From the NCBI GenBank assembly GCA_963748215.1, contig CAVVHS010000002.1:192001-256000 (forward strand): a DNA stretch of 64,000 bases, written 5' to 3'. The DNA comes from an uncultured Gammaproteobacteria bacterium. Its GTDB lineage: Bacteria; Pseudomonadota; Gammaproteobacteria; UBA9214. Shown here piece by piece: positions 15,052 to 28,117 of this stretch (positions within the stretch are counted from its first letter, which is position 1; the number at the start of each line of letters is the position of its first letter). The position numbers and the translations under genes were made by a program. The notes under the pieces were generated by a model. The model saw only the letters and a program-made list of their open reading frames with translations, searched no databases and was not told where the DNA came from.

Positions 15052-15085
15052 CGCGATGAGGTTCGGCCGGTGTGGCTGCTGCGGC

Positions 15086-16741
15086 TTATTTACCGCCGCG
15101 CTCGATGCGCCGGGTGATCATCCATTGCTGGGCGATGGACAGGGTGTTGTTGACCACCCAGTACAGCACCAGGCCGGACGGGAAGAAGGCGAAGAACACG
15201 GTGAACACGACCGGCAGCACCATCATCACCTTGGCCTGGATCGGGTCCATGGGCGCCGGATTCAGCTTCTGCTGGATGAACATGGTCGCGCCCATCAGCA
15301 GCGGCAGGACATAGTAGGGATCCGGTGCCGACAGGTTATTCATCCACAGCATGAACGGTGCCTGGCGCAGCTCGACACTCTCCAGCAACATCCAGTACAG
15401 CGCGATGAACACCGGGATCTGCACCACGATCGGCAGGCAGCCGCCGAGCGGGTTGATCTTCTCTTTCTTGTACATCTCCATCATCGCCTGGTTGAGTTTC
15501 TGCCGGTCGTCGCCGTAGCGTTCCTTGAGCGACTGCAGGCGCGGCGCCAGCTTGCGCATGTTGGCCATCGAGCGGTAACTGGTTTCGGACAGCTTGTAGA
15601 ATGCGAGCTTGATCAGCATCGTGACCAGCACGATTGACCAGCCCCAGTTGCCGATCATATTGTGAATGGTCTTCAGCAACCAGAACAGCGGCTGTGCCAG
15701 GAAGGTGAGGCGGCCATAGTCGACCGTCAGCTCCAGACCGGGGGCAACCTGTTTCATCTCGTCCTGCAGCTTCGGACCGAGAAACAGCTGCGTACCGAAC
15801 AACGTGCGCTCGCCGGCCGCTACCGTGCGCGGCGGTGAAATGAGGCCGATGACATAGCGCGCGCTACTGAGACTCTTGGTGTAGTAGTGTTCGGCCACGG
15901 CGCGTTCCGGGATCATCGCACCGAGAAAATAATGCTGCAGCATGGCGGCCCAGCCATCGGTAATGGTGCGGTCGAGATCCTGTTCCTGCATTTCCTCGAA
16001 CTTGATCTTTTCGTATTTCTCTTCCGGGCTGTAGATCACACCGCCCATGTAGGTGTAGATGAAGGTGCTCTGGCCGGTCTCCGCCACCTGCGTGCGTTGC
16101 AGCTGCCGGTATTGCCGCCCGCTCCATTCGCTGCCACTCTTGTTGACGACCTCGTGTTCGAGATCGACGACGTGGCTGCCACGATGGAAGGTGTAGCGCT
16201 TGATCACCGTCACGCCGTCGTCGCTGCGCCAGACCAGCGGAACCTGCAGGGTATCCGCGCCGTCGGCCATGCGATAGCTGGCCTGTTCCACGTTGAAGAT
16301 GGCGTGATGGGTCGGTTCCTCGCCTGCCGAGGTACGCAGACCGGATTGCAGGATGAACAGGTTCGGCAGGCTGTCGTTCATCAGGCGGAAAGGCGGGGAG
16401 TCGGGTGCGGTGGTCGCCTTGTAGTCGAGCAGGTCGAGCTGGCGCAGATCGCCGCCCGTGGTGTCGATCACGGCCCGGAACAGATCGGTTTCCACCACGA
16501 CCTGCGCGGCGGCTTTCAGCAAACCGGTTTCCACCAGCGCGCTTTCTGCCACGACGGCAGTCTCATGCGGTGCACCGGGCAGGTCATCACCGCCGGCCGG
16601 GGATTCGGCAACGGCCGGTTCGCCAAGCTGCGCGGTGGCGGCCGGCTCGGGCGCCGGCCCGTAGTCTTTCATCCAGGCCTGCCACAACAGCAGCGCCACG
16701 AAGGACAACGCGACGAACAATATCAGGCGCTGGTTATCCAT
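15086..16741 (-). CDS. yidC: Membrane protein insertase YidC
   Basis: Start MDNQRLILF (16741); GNWGWSIV; [10 protein letters not shown]. Confidence 0.97.
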   Translation of the reverse strand: MDNQRLILFVALSFVALLLWQAWMKDYGPAPEPAATAQLGEPAVAESPAGGDDLPGAPHETAVVAESALVETGLLKAAAQVVVETDLFRAVIDTTGGDLRQLDLLDYKATTAPDSPPFRLMNDSLPNLFILQSGLRTSAGEEPTHHAIFNVEQASYRMADGADTLQVPLVWRSDDGVTVIKRYTFHRGSHVVDLEHEVVNKSGSEWSGRQYRQLQRTQVAETGQSTFIYTYMGGVIYSPEEKYEKIKFEEMQEQDLDRTITDGWAAMLQHYFLGAMIPERAVAEHYYTKSLSSARYVIGLISPPRTVAAGERTLFGTQLFLGPKLQDEMKQVAPGLELTVDYGRLTFLAQPLFWLLKTIHNMIGNWGWSIVLVTMLIKLAFYKLSETSYRSMANMRKLAPRLQSLKERYGDDRQKLNQAMMEMYKKEKINPLGGCLPIVVQIPVFIALYWMLLESVELRQAPFMLWMNNLSAPDPYYVLPLLMGATMFIQQKLNPAPMDPIQAKVMMVLPVVFTVFFAFFPSGLVLYWVVNNTLSIAQQWMITRRIERGGK

Positions 16742-16970
16742 GACTGTGACGGTGCTCCGTATCAGGTACCGGGTCGATGCCGCCAGGGTGCCAGGGGTGG
16801 CAGCGCAGCAGGCGCCGCAGTGCCAGGCCGGTGCCGCGCAGTGCACCATGGCGCTCGATGGCGGTCAGGGCGTAACTGGAACAACTGGGATAAAAGCGGC
16901 AGTGGCTGCCCAGCCACGGGCTGAGCAGGTACTGATAACCCCTGATCAGTTTGATAATGAGCCAGCGCAT
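16734..16970 (-). CDS. yidD: Membrane protein insertion efficiency factor YidD
   Basis: [11 protein letters not shown]...[14 protein letters not shown]. Confidence 0.95.
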   Translation of the reverse strand: MRWLIIKLIRGYQYLLSPWLGSHCRFYPSCSSYALTAIERHGALRGTGLALRRLLRCHPWHPGGIDPVPDTEHRHSHG

Positions 16971-17323
16971 GATTGAATCAACTGTGTCCAGAGCTTTTCC
17001 ATTGCCGTTGCAAGCGCCAGCGTGGACTGGCCGGCCACATCGTTGCGTCCAAGCACCACGATATCGAGGGCGCCGAGTTCCGGCTGGCGATGCCGAAAAC
17101 TTTCTCTCACCACCCGCTTGATGCGGTTGCGTGCCACCGCGTGCCTGGCGACCTTGCGCGAGATCGCGAGTCCCAGCCGCGGATGATCAAGCGTGTTCGC
17201 GACTGCCAGTACCGTCAGCCAGCGATTGACTGCCTTGCACTGGCAATGCTTGAAAACACGCTGGTAGTCGGCCGGTTCGGTGAGTCGTACCCGTCTGGAA
17301 AAACCGCGCGAGCCCGGGCACAA
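16946..17323 (-). CDS. rnpA: Ribonuclease P protein component
   Basis: RLGLAISRK...AVARNRIKR. Start uncertain (TTG 17323). Confidence 0.93.
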   Translation of the reverse strand: MCPGSRGFSRRVRLTEPADYQRVFKHCQCKAVNRWLTVLAVANTLDHPRLGLAISRKVARHAVARNRIKRVVRESFRHRQPELGALDIVVLGRNDVAGQSTLALATAMEKLWTQLIQSCAGSLSN

Positions 17324-17333
17324 GGTAATGCAG

Positions 17334-17468
17334 TCAGACTGACAGCCGCGCCCGGCCCTTCGCGCGCCGGGCATTGATAATACGCCGGCCGTTCTTGGTA
17401 CTCATGCGCGCACGAAAACCGTGTGTACGCTTGCGCTTCAGGTTGCTGGGTTGATAGGTTCTTTTCAT
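17334..17468 (-). CDS. rpmH: 50S ribosomal protein L34
   Basis: Manual translation [44 protein letters not shown] (44 aa, below the ORF-track cutoff). Confidence 0.97.
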   Translation of the reverse strand: MKRTYQPSNLKRKRTHGFRARMSTKNGRRIINARRAKGRARLSV

Positions 17469-17528
17469 GGCACGTCACGTCATGCTTGTTTGATAACCAC
17501 ACCCGTATGAGGGCGTGAAAGGGCGCAA

Positions 17529-17558
17529 AGGGTACTGTCAGCCGGGCTTAAATGTCAA
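17529..17558 (-). promoter_or_regulatory. sigma70 promoter of rpmH
   Basis: Minus strand TTGACA-N18-TACCCT. Confidence 0.55.
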
Positions 17559-17589
17559 CTGCCAGGCGACTCAGGCACTTGGCCCGGGG

Positions 17590-17620
17590 TGTGGATAACT
17601 TGATACGACAGGTATAGACT
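17590..17620 (+). promoter_or_regulatory. DnaA box overlapping the putative dnaA promoter (autoregulation)
   Basis: Perfect TGTGGATAA at 17590-17598, at the -35 position relative to a candidate -10 TAGACT at 17615-17620. Confidence 0.7.
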
Positions 17621-17663
17621 CCCCACCCTGCGAAAACAGCTGGATTACCGAGGGGGGAGCAAG

Positions 17664-19007
17664 GTGGAAGTTACGCTCTGGCAAAAATGCCTGGTTCGAC
17701 TCGAACACGATCTGCCCGAGCAACAATTCAACACCTGGATACGCCCCCTGCATGCCATTGAAAACGGCGAGAATCTGCGCCTGCTGGCACCCAACCAGTT
17801 CGTCCTCGACTGGGTAAGAAAACACCACTTCGAGACCATTTCCCAGACCCTGCACGAGATCGGCCCGGGCAATGAAACCCACCTGCAGCTCGACATCGGC
17901 AGCAGCAAGAAGATCAGCATCAAAACCCCGGTGACGCCGGCCGCCCCGGCGAGCCCCGCCCCCCAGCCGGCCGCGCCCGTCCAGCACAAGAGCAACCTGA
18001 ATCCGGATTTCACCTTCGAGAGCTTCGTCGGCGGCAAGTCCAACCAGCTCGCCCGCGCCGCGTCCATCCAGGTCGGGGAAAATCCCGGCAGTGCCTATAA
18101 CCCGCTGTTCATCTACGGCGGTGTCGGGCTGGGCAAGACCCACCTCATGCACGCCGTCGGCAACATGATCCTGCAAAACAAGCCGGACGCGCGGGTCGTC
18201 TACCTGCACTCCGAGCGTTTCGTCCAGGACATGGTGCAGGCGCTGCAGCACAACGCCATCAACGATTTCAAGCGCTTCTACCGCAACGTCGATGCGCTGC
18301 TCATTGACGATATCCAGTTCTTCGCCAGGAAAGAGCGCTCCCAGGAAGAATTCTTCCATACATTCAATGCCTTGCTTGAAGGCCAGCAACAGGTGATCCT
18401 GACCTGCGACCGCTATCCGAAGGAGGTCGACGGGCTGGAAGACCGCCTCAAGTCGCGCTTCGGCTGGGGCCTGACGGCCGCCATCGAGCCGGCCGAACTC
18501 GAGACGCGGGTGGCGATCCTCATGAGCAAGGCCAGCCAGGTCAATGTCGAGCTGCCTTCGGATGTTGCGTTTTTCATCGCCAAGCGCATCCAGTCCAACA
18601 TTCGCGAGCTGGAGGGCGCCTTGCGCCGCGTTCTCGCCAGTGCGCGCTTCACCGGGCAAACCGTCACCCTGGATCTCACCCGTGAGGCGCTCCGCGACCT
18701 GCTCGCGTTACAGGACAAACTGGTGACGATCAGCAATATCCAGAAGGTGGTTGTCGAGTATTACAAGATCAGGATCGCGGACCTGTCCTCGGCACGCCGC
18801 AGCCGCACCATTACGCGTCCGCGCCAGATCGCCATGTCCCTGGCCAAGGAACTGACCACGCACAGCCTGCCGGAAATCGGCCAGGCGTTTGGCGGACGCG
18901 ATCACACGACGGTGCTGCACGCCTGCCGCAAGGTGAAGGAATTGCGTGCAACCGATAATCGTATCAACGAGGATTACAACAACCTGTTGAGAACTCTGAC
19001 AGCATAA
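17664..19007 (+). CDS. dnaA: Chromosomal replication initiator DnaA
   Basis: [36 protein letters not shown]. Confidence 0.99.
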   Translation: MEVTLWQKCLVRLEHDLPEQQFNTWIRPLHAIENGENLRLLAPNQFVLDWVRKHHFETISQTLHEIGPGNETHLQLDIGSSKKISIKTPVTPAAPASPAPQPAAPVQHKSNLNPDFTFESFVGGKSNQLARAASIQVGENPGSAYNPLFIYGGVGLGKTHLMHAVGNMILQNKPDARVVYLHSERFVQDMVQALQHNAINDFKRFYRNVDALLIDDIQFFARKERSQEEFFHTFNALLEGQQQVILTCDRYPKEVDGLEDRLKSRFGWGLTAAIEPAELETRVAILMSKASQVNVELPSDVAFFIAKRIQSNIRELEGALRRVLASARFTGQTVTLDLTREALRDLLALQDKLVTISNIQKVVVEYYKIRIADLSSARRSRTITRPRQIAMSLAKELTTHSLPEIGQAFGGRDHTTVLHACRKVKELRATDNRINEDYNNLLRTLTA

Positions 19008-19218
19008 GCTGAAAAAACTGTGGATAAATTTTCAGCCGGTATTTATTCCCATTTTGTCCACAGGCGCCACACAGGACTTACGGCGACTGGCATTACAGTT
19101 ATCAATTCATCAGGTAACTGATAAGCAAGGCGGGAAACAGCTTATCAACAGATATCGTGTCTACTAACAATGAACATAGTAAATATTTAACTTAAAGATT
19201 AATTAAAGATATTTAAAT
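19008..19218. other. Probable replication origin oriC
   Basis: DnaA boxes TGTGGATAA 19019-19027, TTATTCCCA 19043-19051, TTGTCCACA 19054-19062 and TTATCAACA 19142-19150, followed by trio-like CTACTAACAAT and a very AT-rich DUE-like tract with TTAAAGAT repeats. Confidence 0.8.
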
Positions 19219-20319
19219 ATGAAATTCACGATACAAAGAGAAGCCTTTCTCAAACCGCTCCAGCAGGTGATCGGCGTTGTGGAACGTCGACAGACATTAC
19301 CGGTACTCGGTAACGTACTGGTGAATGCAACGAAGAAAAGCATCAAGCTTACGGCCACCGACCTGGAAGTCGAATTGCAGGCACAGATTGCCACACCGGT
19401 TACCGAGACCGGTGACATCACACTGCCGGCACGCAAGCTGCTCGATATCTGCCGCACATTGCCTGAAGCAGCGGAACTGGATATCTCGGTCAAGAACGAA
19501 CGTGCGCTGGTGCGTTCCGGGAAAAGCCGTTTCACGTTGTCGACATTGCCGGCCAGTGAATTTCCCGTCATCGACAAGATCAAGAGCGCACGCAAGTTTG
19601 CGATGCAGCAAAACGATTTGCATACACTGATCGAACGTACCGCGTTTGCCATGGCGCAGCAGGATGTCCGCTATTACCTGAACGGTCTCATGCTGGAACC
19701 GGGCGGCAATGTATTGCGCGCCGTGGCCACCGATGGTCATCGACTCGCGATGTGCGAGATAGCGGTCGACGTCGGGGGCGGTGACGAGCAGCAGGTCATC
19801 GTCCCGCGCAAGGGCATCCAGGAACTGCACCGCCTGCTCGACGACAGCGACAGCAGCCTGCAGCTCGAACTCGGTTCCAACCATATCCGCATCACCACCG
19901 ACGATCTGCGCTTTACCTCGAAACTGATTGACGGCCGTTTCCCGGATTACCAGCGCGTGATCCCCAAGAATGCCGACAAGCAGCTGCTCGTCAATCGCGA
20001 CCTGTTGCGTCAGGCCTTGACCCGGACGTCCATCCTGTCCAACGAGAAATACCGTGGGATTCGTCTGGATATTTCAGAAAATAATATTAAAATTCAAGCA
20101 CATAACCCTGAGCAGGAAGAGGCAATCGAGGAAATCGATGCCACTTACAGCAACGAAAACCTGGTGGTCGGTTTCAATGTGACCTATGTGCTGGACGTGC
20201 TGAACGTGCTGGATTCCGATCAGGTCGAAATCCATCTGAGTGATGCCAACAGCAGCGCGCTGATCAATCAGCCGGGCACGGAAGATTGCCGCTACGTCGT
20301 CATGCCCATGCGGCTGTAG
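19219..20319 (+). CDS. dnaN: DNA polymerase III beta clamp
   Basis: ATDLEVEL, QDVRYYLNG, ATDGHRLA, C-terminal VVMPMRL. Confidence 0.98.
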   Translation: MKFTIQREAFLKPLQQVIGVVERRQTLPVLGNVLVNATKKSIKLTATDLEVELQAQIATPVTETGDITLPARKLLDICRTLPEAAELDISVKNERALVRSGKSRFTLSTLPASEFPVIDKIKSARKFAMQQNDLHTLIERTAFAMAQQDVRYYLNGLMLEPGGNVLRAVATDGHRLAMCEIAVDVGGGDEQQVIVPRKGIQELHRLLDDSDSSLQLELGSNHIRITTDDLRFTSKLIDGRFPDYQRVIPKNADKQLLVNRDLLRQALTRTSILSNEKYRGIRLDISENNIKIQAHNPEQEEAIEEIDATYSNENLVVGFNVTYVLDVLNVLDSDQVEIHLSDANSSALINQPGTEDCRYVVMPMRL

Positions 20320-20330
20320 CGGGACAGGCA

Positions 20331-21458
20331 TTGACGTACGAGCAGCCCCTGTCTGCCAGTCAGGCATCCGAACGTTATCGCGGGCTGCAATCCCTCGAGA
20401 TCCTCAACTTCAGGAACATCCAGTCAGCACAACTGGCTTTCACGCACGGCCTGAACCTGATCCGTGGTCACAATGCTTCCGGGAAGACCAGTCTGCTGGA
20501 AGCGATCTATACCCTGGGGCGTGTCCGTTCGTTTCGTACCCATTCCGCCCGGGAGACGATCCGCTACGGACAACCGGCCTTTCGACTGGTGGGACGGATT
20601 ACCGGTGCGGCCGGGCATTCCGTACCCGTGGGTATCGAACGGGGCAGCGAATCGCTGCAGGTACACCTGGGCGGTGAACCGATCCGGCGCCTGTCGGACC
20701 TGGCCGGCTTTTTTCCGGTACAGATTCTCAGCAGCGATACCTCGACCCTGTTCAATGGTGGTCCGCGTTACCGGCGCCATGTGCTGGACTGGGCGCTGTT
20801 TCACGTGGAACAGGGTTACCGGGAGGTATGGCAGCGCTATTCGCGAATACTGAAACAGCGCAATGCGGCGCTGCGCAGCCGCGCACGTCCGGCACTGATC
20901 ACGGTGTGGGATGCTGAACTTGTCGAAGCAGCGGCCACGATCGATCGCTTGCGACGCGCCTATCTCGACCGTTTTTCGGTATTGCTGGCCGAGGAGCTGC
21001 GTTCCCTGTTGCCGGACAGCACGCCGGAACTGATTTACAGCTCCGGCTGGCCGGCGGCCACAACGCTGTCCGAGGCCTTGGGGACTGCCCTGGAAAAGGA
21101 CCGTGGCCAGGGTTATACCCGCCATGGCGTGCACCGGGCCGATTTCAGGCTGCTGATCGACGAGCGGGATGTCACCACGCATTGTTCGCGCGGGCAACAG
21201 AAGTCCGTGCTGGTGGGTTTCATGCTTGCCCAGGTACGCCTGCAACAGGAGCGCGCCTGCCCGGCGGGCGCATTTCTACTGGATGACCTGACCAGTGAAC
21301 TGGACCAGTCCAATCAGCAGCGGGTATTGCAGGCACTGCGCGAACTCGATGCCCAGGTATTCGTCACGGCCATCACTGGCGAGCCCGTCGAGACGGCCGG
21401 CTGGGATGAGTATCGGGAGTTTCACGTGGAACATGGCGCGATTCAGGAAGTGCTATAA
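20331..21458 (+). CDS. recF: DNA replication/repair protein RecF
   Basis: NFRNI, GHNASGKTS, SRGQQK, LLDDLTSELD. Start uncertain. Confidence 0.95.
   Translation: MTYEQPLSASQASERYRGLQSLEILNFRNIQSAQLAFTHGLNLIRGHNASGKTSLLEAIYTLGRVRSFRTHSARETIRYGQPAFRLVGRITGAAGHSVPVGIERGSESLQVHLGGEPIRRLSDLAGFFPVQILSSDTSTLFNGGPRYRRHVLDWALFHVEQGYREVWQRYSRILKQRNAALRSRARPALITVWDAELVEAAATIDRLRRAYLDRFSVLLAEELRSLLPDSTPELIYSSGWPAATTLSEALGTALEKDRGQGYTRHGVHRADFRLLIDERDVTTHCSRGQQKSVLVGFMLAQVRLQQERACPAGAFLLDDLTSELDQSNQQRVLQALRELDAQVFVTAITGEPVETAGWDEYREFHVEHGAIQEVL
20797..20812. promoter_or_regulatory. parS centromere site 1 (within recF)
   Basis: TGTTTCACGTGGAACA matches the chromosomal parS consensus. Confidence 0.85.
21418..21433. 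promoter_or_regulatory. parS centromere site 2 (within the recF 3' end)
   Basis: AGTTTCACGTGGAACA, one mismatch to site 1. Confidence 0.75.
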
Positions 21459-21459
21459 T
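21451..21459 (+). promoter_or_regulatory. Extended -10 promoter element for gyrB
   Basis: TGCTATAAT (TGn-TATAAT) overlapping the recF stop, 25 nt before the gyrB ATG. Confidence 0.6.
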
Positions 21460-21475
21460 GCCACGCTTACCTTAA

Positions 21476-23905
<2,430 letters not shown>

Positions 23906-24284
23906 CCGGCATTCTCACGGGTATCCATTAAGCCCGGCGCGCCTGCAACGCTCGCCACCCGGCCAGGGTGCAGGTTAATGACATGTATCGGTGCGAACGG
24001 GTAAACCCGCTGTTTTGATCACCTGTGAAGGTTGGTGTAACAGCCATGAAAATGGCTGCTATTTTCTATATGTGATCTCAAAATATTTTTAACTAATTGT
24101 TGTTTATATTTATTATTTTGATGTAATGCATATTTATATTGTATGCATTATTTTTATACTAATACTCATATCTATAACAACATGAAGTAGTCAGCGTCGA
24201 ATACAGCTTCACGTCGCCTTGATGCGATTCGCCAGGATCTGCGGGATTCGCCAAACGCCACCTGGGCGTCACGCATACCCGGTG

Positions 24285-25034
24285 TCACTTGAGCGTGGTG
24301 ATCTCCGACATGCGGTCCTCGATCCAGCCGGCGGCCTCGTCCAGCAGTTGCTGGGCCGATTTGCCGTCGCTTTCGATCGGCTTGCCGATGCGCACCTGGA
24401 TAACGCCGGGGCGTTTGATGAAACTGCGGCGCGACCAGTATTCACCGGCATTGTGGGCGACCGGCACAATGGGGTAGCCGCTCTGTTGCGCGAGAATGGC
24501 GCCACCGACCCGGTACTGACCCTTCTGGCCCGGCGGGATGCGGGTGCCTTCCGGGAAGATGACGATCCAGATGCCTTCGTCGAGGCGTGCCTTGCCCTCG
24601 GTGACCAGCTGCCGGATGGCGGCGCGTCCGCTGCCGCGCTGGATGGCGATGCATTTCATCAGGGCGAGTCCCCAGCCAAAAAAGGGTATCCACATCAGCT
24701 CACGCTTGGCGACCCAGACCTGCAGGGGAAAGATCTGCTGCAGGGCGATGGTTTCCCAGGTCGACTGGTGCTTGGCGAACACGATGGCGGCACCGGTCGG
24801 GATATTCCCGCTGCCTGTGACCTCATAGGTCAGGCGACATGAAACCTTCAGCCACCAGAGTATGAAATTCACCCAGGTCTGCAGCAGCCGCCAGCGCGTG
24901 GCCAGGGAGAAGGGAAACGTGAACAGCAGCAGCACGGCATAGATCACGATCGAGACCGGAAAAACGATCCAGAAGGCGAGCGAGCGCAGCCACAGGATCG
25001 GGTAGGCTTCGGTGGCGGTGTTGTCAGCAGGCAT
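24285..25034 (-). CDS. plsC: 1-acyl-sn-glycerol-3-phosphate acyltransferase
   Basis: KHQSTWET and FPEGTR motifs; usual position after gmhB. Confidence 0.9.
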   Translation of the reverse strand: MPADNTATEAYPILWLRSLAFWIVFPVSIVIYAVLLLFTFPFSLATRWRLLQTWVNFILWWLKVSCRLTYEVTGSGNIPTGAAIVFAKHQSTWETIALQQIFPLQVWVAKRELMWIPFFGWGLALMKCIAIQRGSGRAAIRQLVTEGKARLDEGIWIVIFPEGTRIPPGQKGQYRVGGAILAQQSGYPIVPVAHNAGEYWSRRSFIKRPGVIQVRIGKPIESDGKSAQQLLDEAAGWIEDRMSEITTLK

Positions 25035-25039
25035 GGCGT

Positions 25040-25585
25040 TCAGGGTTGCGAATGACCGAGCAGTGCGTCGACTGCGCAGTACAAGTCATCGTATACCGGA
25101 ATGTCGTGTTCCAGTTGCGGAGAACCGACCGTGCCGAAGCCCTTGCCGGTCTTCACCAGCATGGGTTGCGCGCCGGCGCTGCGTGCAGCGCGGATATCAT
25201 GCAGTGAATCCCCGATGGCAGGTACGTCGTCGAGGCGGCTGCGCAAGCGGCTCGCGATATCCAGCAACAGGCCCGGTTGCGGCTTGTGACAGTGGCAACC
25301 CGCCTGAGGGGCATGCGGGCAGAAAAACACGGCATCGATCTTGCCGCCCGATTCCGCCACGCGACGCAGCATGGTCTCGTTGATACGCGCCAGTGTATCG
25401 AGGCCGAGCTGGCCGCTGGCGATGGCTGGCTCGTTCATGGCGACCACCACACGCCAGCCGGCACGATGCAGGCGCGCAATGGCCTCCAGGCTGCCGCGAA
25501 TCGGTTTCCAGTCTGAAGGCGTGGCAATACAACCATCCTGTTCTTCATTGATGACGCCGTCGCGGTCGAGAATGGCGAGCTGCAT
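25040..25585 (-). CDS. gmhB: GmhB-like HAD-IIIA phosphatase with a divergent active site
   Basis: LDRDGVIN, CPH...CHCHKP Zn site, GDS motif; synteny glyS-gmhB-plsC. Start at ATG 25585. Confidence 0.8.
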   Translation of the reverse strand: MQLAILDRDGVINEEQDGCIATPSDWKPIRGSLEAIARLHRAGWRVVVAMNEPAIASGQLGLDTLARINETMLRRVAESGGKIDAVFFCPHAPQAGCHCHKPQPGLLLDIASRLRSRLDDVPAIGDSLHDIRAARSAGAQPMLVKTGKGFGTVGSPQLEHDIPVYDDLYCAVDALLGHSQP

Positions 25586-25926
25586 CAGGTGTCCCTGAAT
25601 TCCGACACGCGGATGCGGCCGTTGATCATGCGGGACTCGCGCATGTCGAGTTTTTCCATCTTGTCCCAGAAGGCGGCGGCCAGATCGAAATCCACGGCGA
25701 TGGCGGTTCCGATCAGCAGGATGAACAGGTCTGCGCATTCTTCTGCGAGCTTGTCGCGGTCCTTGCCCTTGGTGACGCAGGCAGAGATCTCGCCGAGCTC
25801 CTCGGTCATCAGCGCGACGCGGTAGGCCAGTTCCTCGCCGCCGGTATTCCGGAAATCATGCTTGTCGTGAAAGGCCTGAACGGCGGCGAGCATCTGGCGA
25901 TAGGAATCGGTGTCGGTCATGGTCAT
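25585..25926 (-). CDS. MazG-like nucleotide pyrophosphohydrolase
   Basis: EELGE...EECAD metal-binding ExxE...ExxD pattern; GGAGAG RBS. Confidence 0.85.
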   Translation of the reverse strand: MTMTDTDSYRQMLAAVQAFHDKHDFRNTGGEELAYRVALMTEELGEISACVTKGKDRDKLAEECADLFILLIGTAIAVDFDLAAAFWDKMEKLDMRESRMINGRIRVSEFRDT

Positions 25927-26041
25927 GCACTCTCCGGTAATCGTTTGCAACAACCCGGTTGCCGGTGCTGGCGATACGCAGCGGTTGTTGCCTGTCGGTC
26001 GCTGTCGGTTGATGCCTGTGCGAGTCGTCATGTGCGTTTGC

Positions 26042-28117
26042 TCAGGTCTGCAACAGGGAAATATCGGCCACCTGCAGGAACAGCTCCGACAGCGTATTCA
26101 GCAGGGCCAGGCGATTGTCACGCAGTGCCGGGTCATCGGTCATTACCATGACCTCGTCGAAGAACCTGTCGACCGGTGCCTGCAGGCCTGCAAGTTCGCA
26201 CAGGGCCCGGGTATAGTCGCGTGCCTCGAACAGCGGACCGACCACGGCGGCACGTTCATCGAGGGAGGCGGCCAGGGCCTGTTCGGCAGGTTCCTGCAGC
26301 AGTTCCTGACGGTAGTGGTGCGGTATGGCGGTCTCGGACTTGCGCAGGATATTGCGTATGCGCTTGTTGGCAGCGGCCAGACTGGCGGCTTCCGGAAGTC
26401 CCTGAAAGGTCCGTACTGCCTGGATGCGGGCGTCGAAGTCCAGGGGGCGCACCGGTTGCCGTGCCAGCACGGCGTCGAATACCAGGGTGTCGCAGCCGGT
26501 GTCCGTATACCAGTTGCGCAGGCGTTCCATCATGAACGCAAACAGGTCATTAACGACGGCGCCGGCATTGAGCGCGTCTGGAAAGTTGTCAGCTGCCCGT
26601 TCCAGCAGCGCGCGCAGATCGAGATCGAGCCGGCATTCGATGATGATACGCATCATTCCGAGTGCGGCGCGGCGCAGGCCGAACGGGTCCTTGTCGCCGC
26701 TTGGCGGCTGGCCGATGGCGAAGATCCCGACCAGTGTGTCGAGGCGTTCCGCGATGGCCAGTGTCTGGCCGATGGCCGAGGCCGGCAGCCCGTCGCCGGC
26801 ATGGCGCGGCTGGTACTGCTCGTCAAGCGCCGCTGCCACGGCCGCGTCCTCGCCATCGTTCAGCGCGTAGTAGCGCCCCATGGTGCCCTGCAGTTCCGGG
26901 AATTCGAAAACCATGCTGGTGACCAGGTCGCACTTGCACAGCGAGGCGGCGCGCTGCGCCTGGTCGACATCGAATTGCAGCTTGCCGGCGATGTATCCGG
27001 CCAGTACGGCAATGCGTCCCTGCTTGTCGCCCAGGGTGCCGAGCTGCTGCTGGAAGGTCACGCTGTCGAGCTGGCCGGTGCGGCTGGCCAGTGTCTGCCT
27101 GCGATCCTGCGTCCAGAAGAACGCGGCATCCTCCAGGCGCGGCCGGATGACACGCTCGTTGCCGGCCCTGACCTGCTCCGGTTCCTTGCTGGCGATATTG
27201 GCGACGGTGATGAAACAGGGCAGCAGGGCGTGGTCCGGGCCGGTGACCGGAAAGAACTTCTGGTGATCCTGCATGCTGGATACCAGGGCCTCGTCCGGGA
27301 CCGCGAGGAAGCGCGGGTCGAAGGCACCGCTGATGGCGACCGGCCATTCCACCAGGGCCGTCACCTCGTCCAGCAGGTCTGCGTCGATGCGGGTCACACC
27401 GTGCAGTGCCGCGCCGGCCTCCGTCACCTGCGTGAGAATGCTGTCGCGTCGCCGGTCCATGTCGGCCATGACCCTGCCGGTGTGCTCAAGTATGTCGAGG
27501 TAGTCGGCCGGCTGGCCAATCGCGATCGGCTCGTTGTGATGGAAACGATGTCCGCGCGTATACCGGTCGCTGGTTTGGCCGAGTATGTTTGCAGTCACCG
27601 GCTCGTTGCCCAGCATCAGTAATACCCAGTGCACCGGGCGGACGAATTCGAAGTCCGAATCTCCCCAGCGCATGCGCCGGGCCACCGGTATCGCGCGCAA
27701 TGCCTTGTCCACCAGTTCTCCCAGCAGTTCGGCGGTGGGCCGGCCGGTTTCGGTTGTGTTCCAGACCAGCCAGGCGCCCTTGTCGGTTTCCAGCTGCTCC
27801 AGCGCACTGACCTCGACACCACAGGAGCGCGCGAAGCCCTCGGCCGGTTTGGTCGGCTTGCCGTCGGCATCGAATGCGGCCTTCAGCGCCGGCCCGCGCC
27901 GGGTGATGGCGCGATCCGGTTGCTGGACGTGGACATCATTCACCAGTACGGCGAGCCGGCGTGGCGTGGCGAAGGCCTGGCTGGCGCCGTGCGGCAGGTG
28001 GTATTCATCGAGCAGGCTGACGACAGCGGCACGCAGCGCATCGCGCATGCTGCGCAGTGATTTCGGCGGCAGTTCCTCGGTACCGATCTCCAGCAGCAGG
28101 TCGCGGGACGCCGTCAT
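26042..28117 (-). CDS. glyS: Glycine-tRNA ligase beta subunit
   Basis: [15 protein letters not shown]...FVRPVHW, DPFGLRR. Confidence 0.97.
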   Translation of the reverse strand: MTASRDLLLEIGTEELPPKSLRSMRDALRAAVVSLLDEYHLPHGASQAFATPRRLAVLVNDVHVQQPDRAITRRGPALKAAFDADGKPTKPAEGFARSCGVEVSALEQLETDKGAWLVWNTTETGRPTAELLGELVDKALRAIPVARRMRWGDSDFEFVRPVHWVLLMLGNEPVTANILGQTSDRYTRGHRFHHNEPIAIGQPADYLDILEHTGRVMADMDRRRDSILTQVTEAGAALHGVTRIDADLLDEVTALVEWPVAISGAFDPRFLAVPDEALVSSMQDHQKFFPVTGPDHALLPCFITVANIASKEPEQVRAGNERVIRPRLEDAAFFWTQDRRQTLASRTGQLDSVTFQQQLGTLGDKQGRIAVLAGYIAGKLQFDVDQAQRAASLCKCDLVTSMVFEFPELQGTMGRYYALNDGEDAAVAAALDEQYQPRHAGDGLPASAIGQTLAIAERLDTLVGIFAIGQPPSGDKDPFGLRRAALGMMRIIIECRLDLDLRALLERAADNFPDALNAGAVVNDLFAFMMERLRNWYTDTGCDTLVFDAVLARQPVRPLDFDARIQAVRTFQGLPEAASLAAANKRIRNILRKSETAIPHHYRQELLQEPAEQALAASLDERAAVVGPLFEARDYTRALCELAGLQAPVDRFFDEVMVMTDDPALRDNRLALLNTLSELFLQVADISLLQT

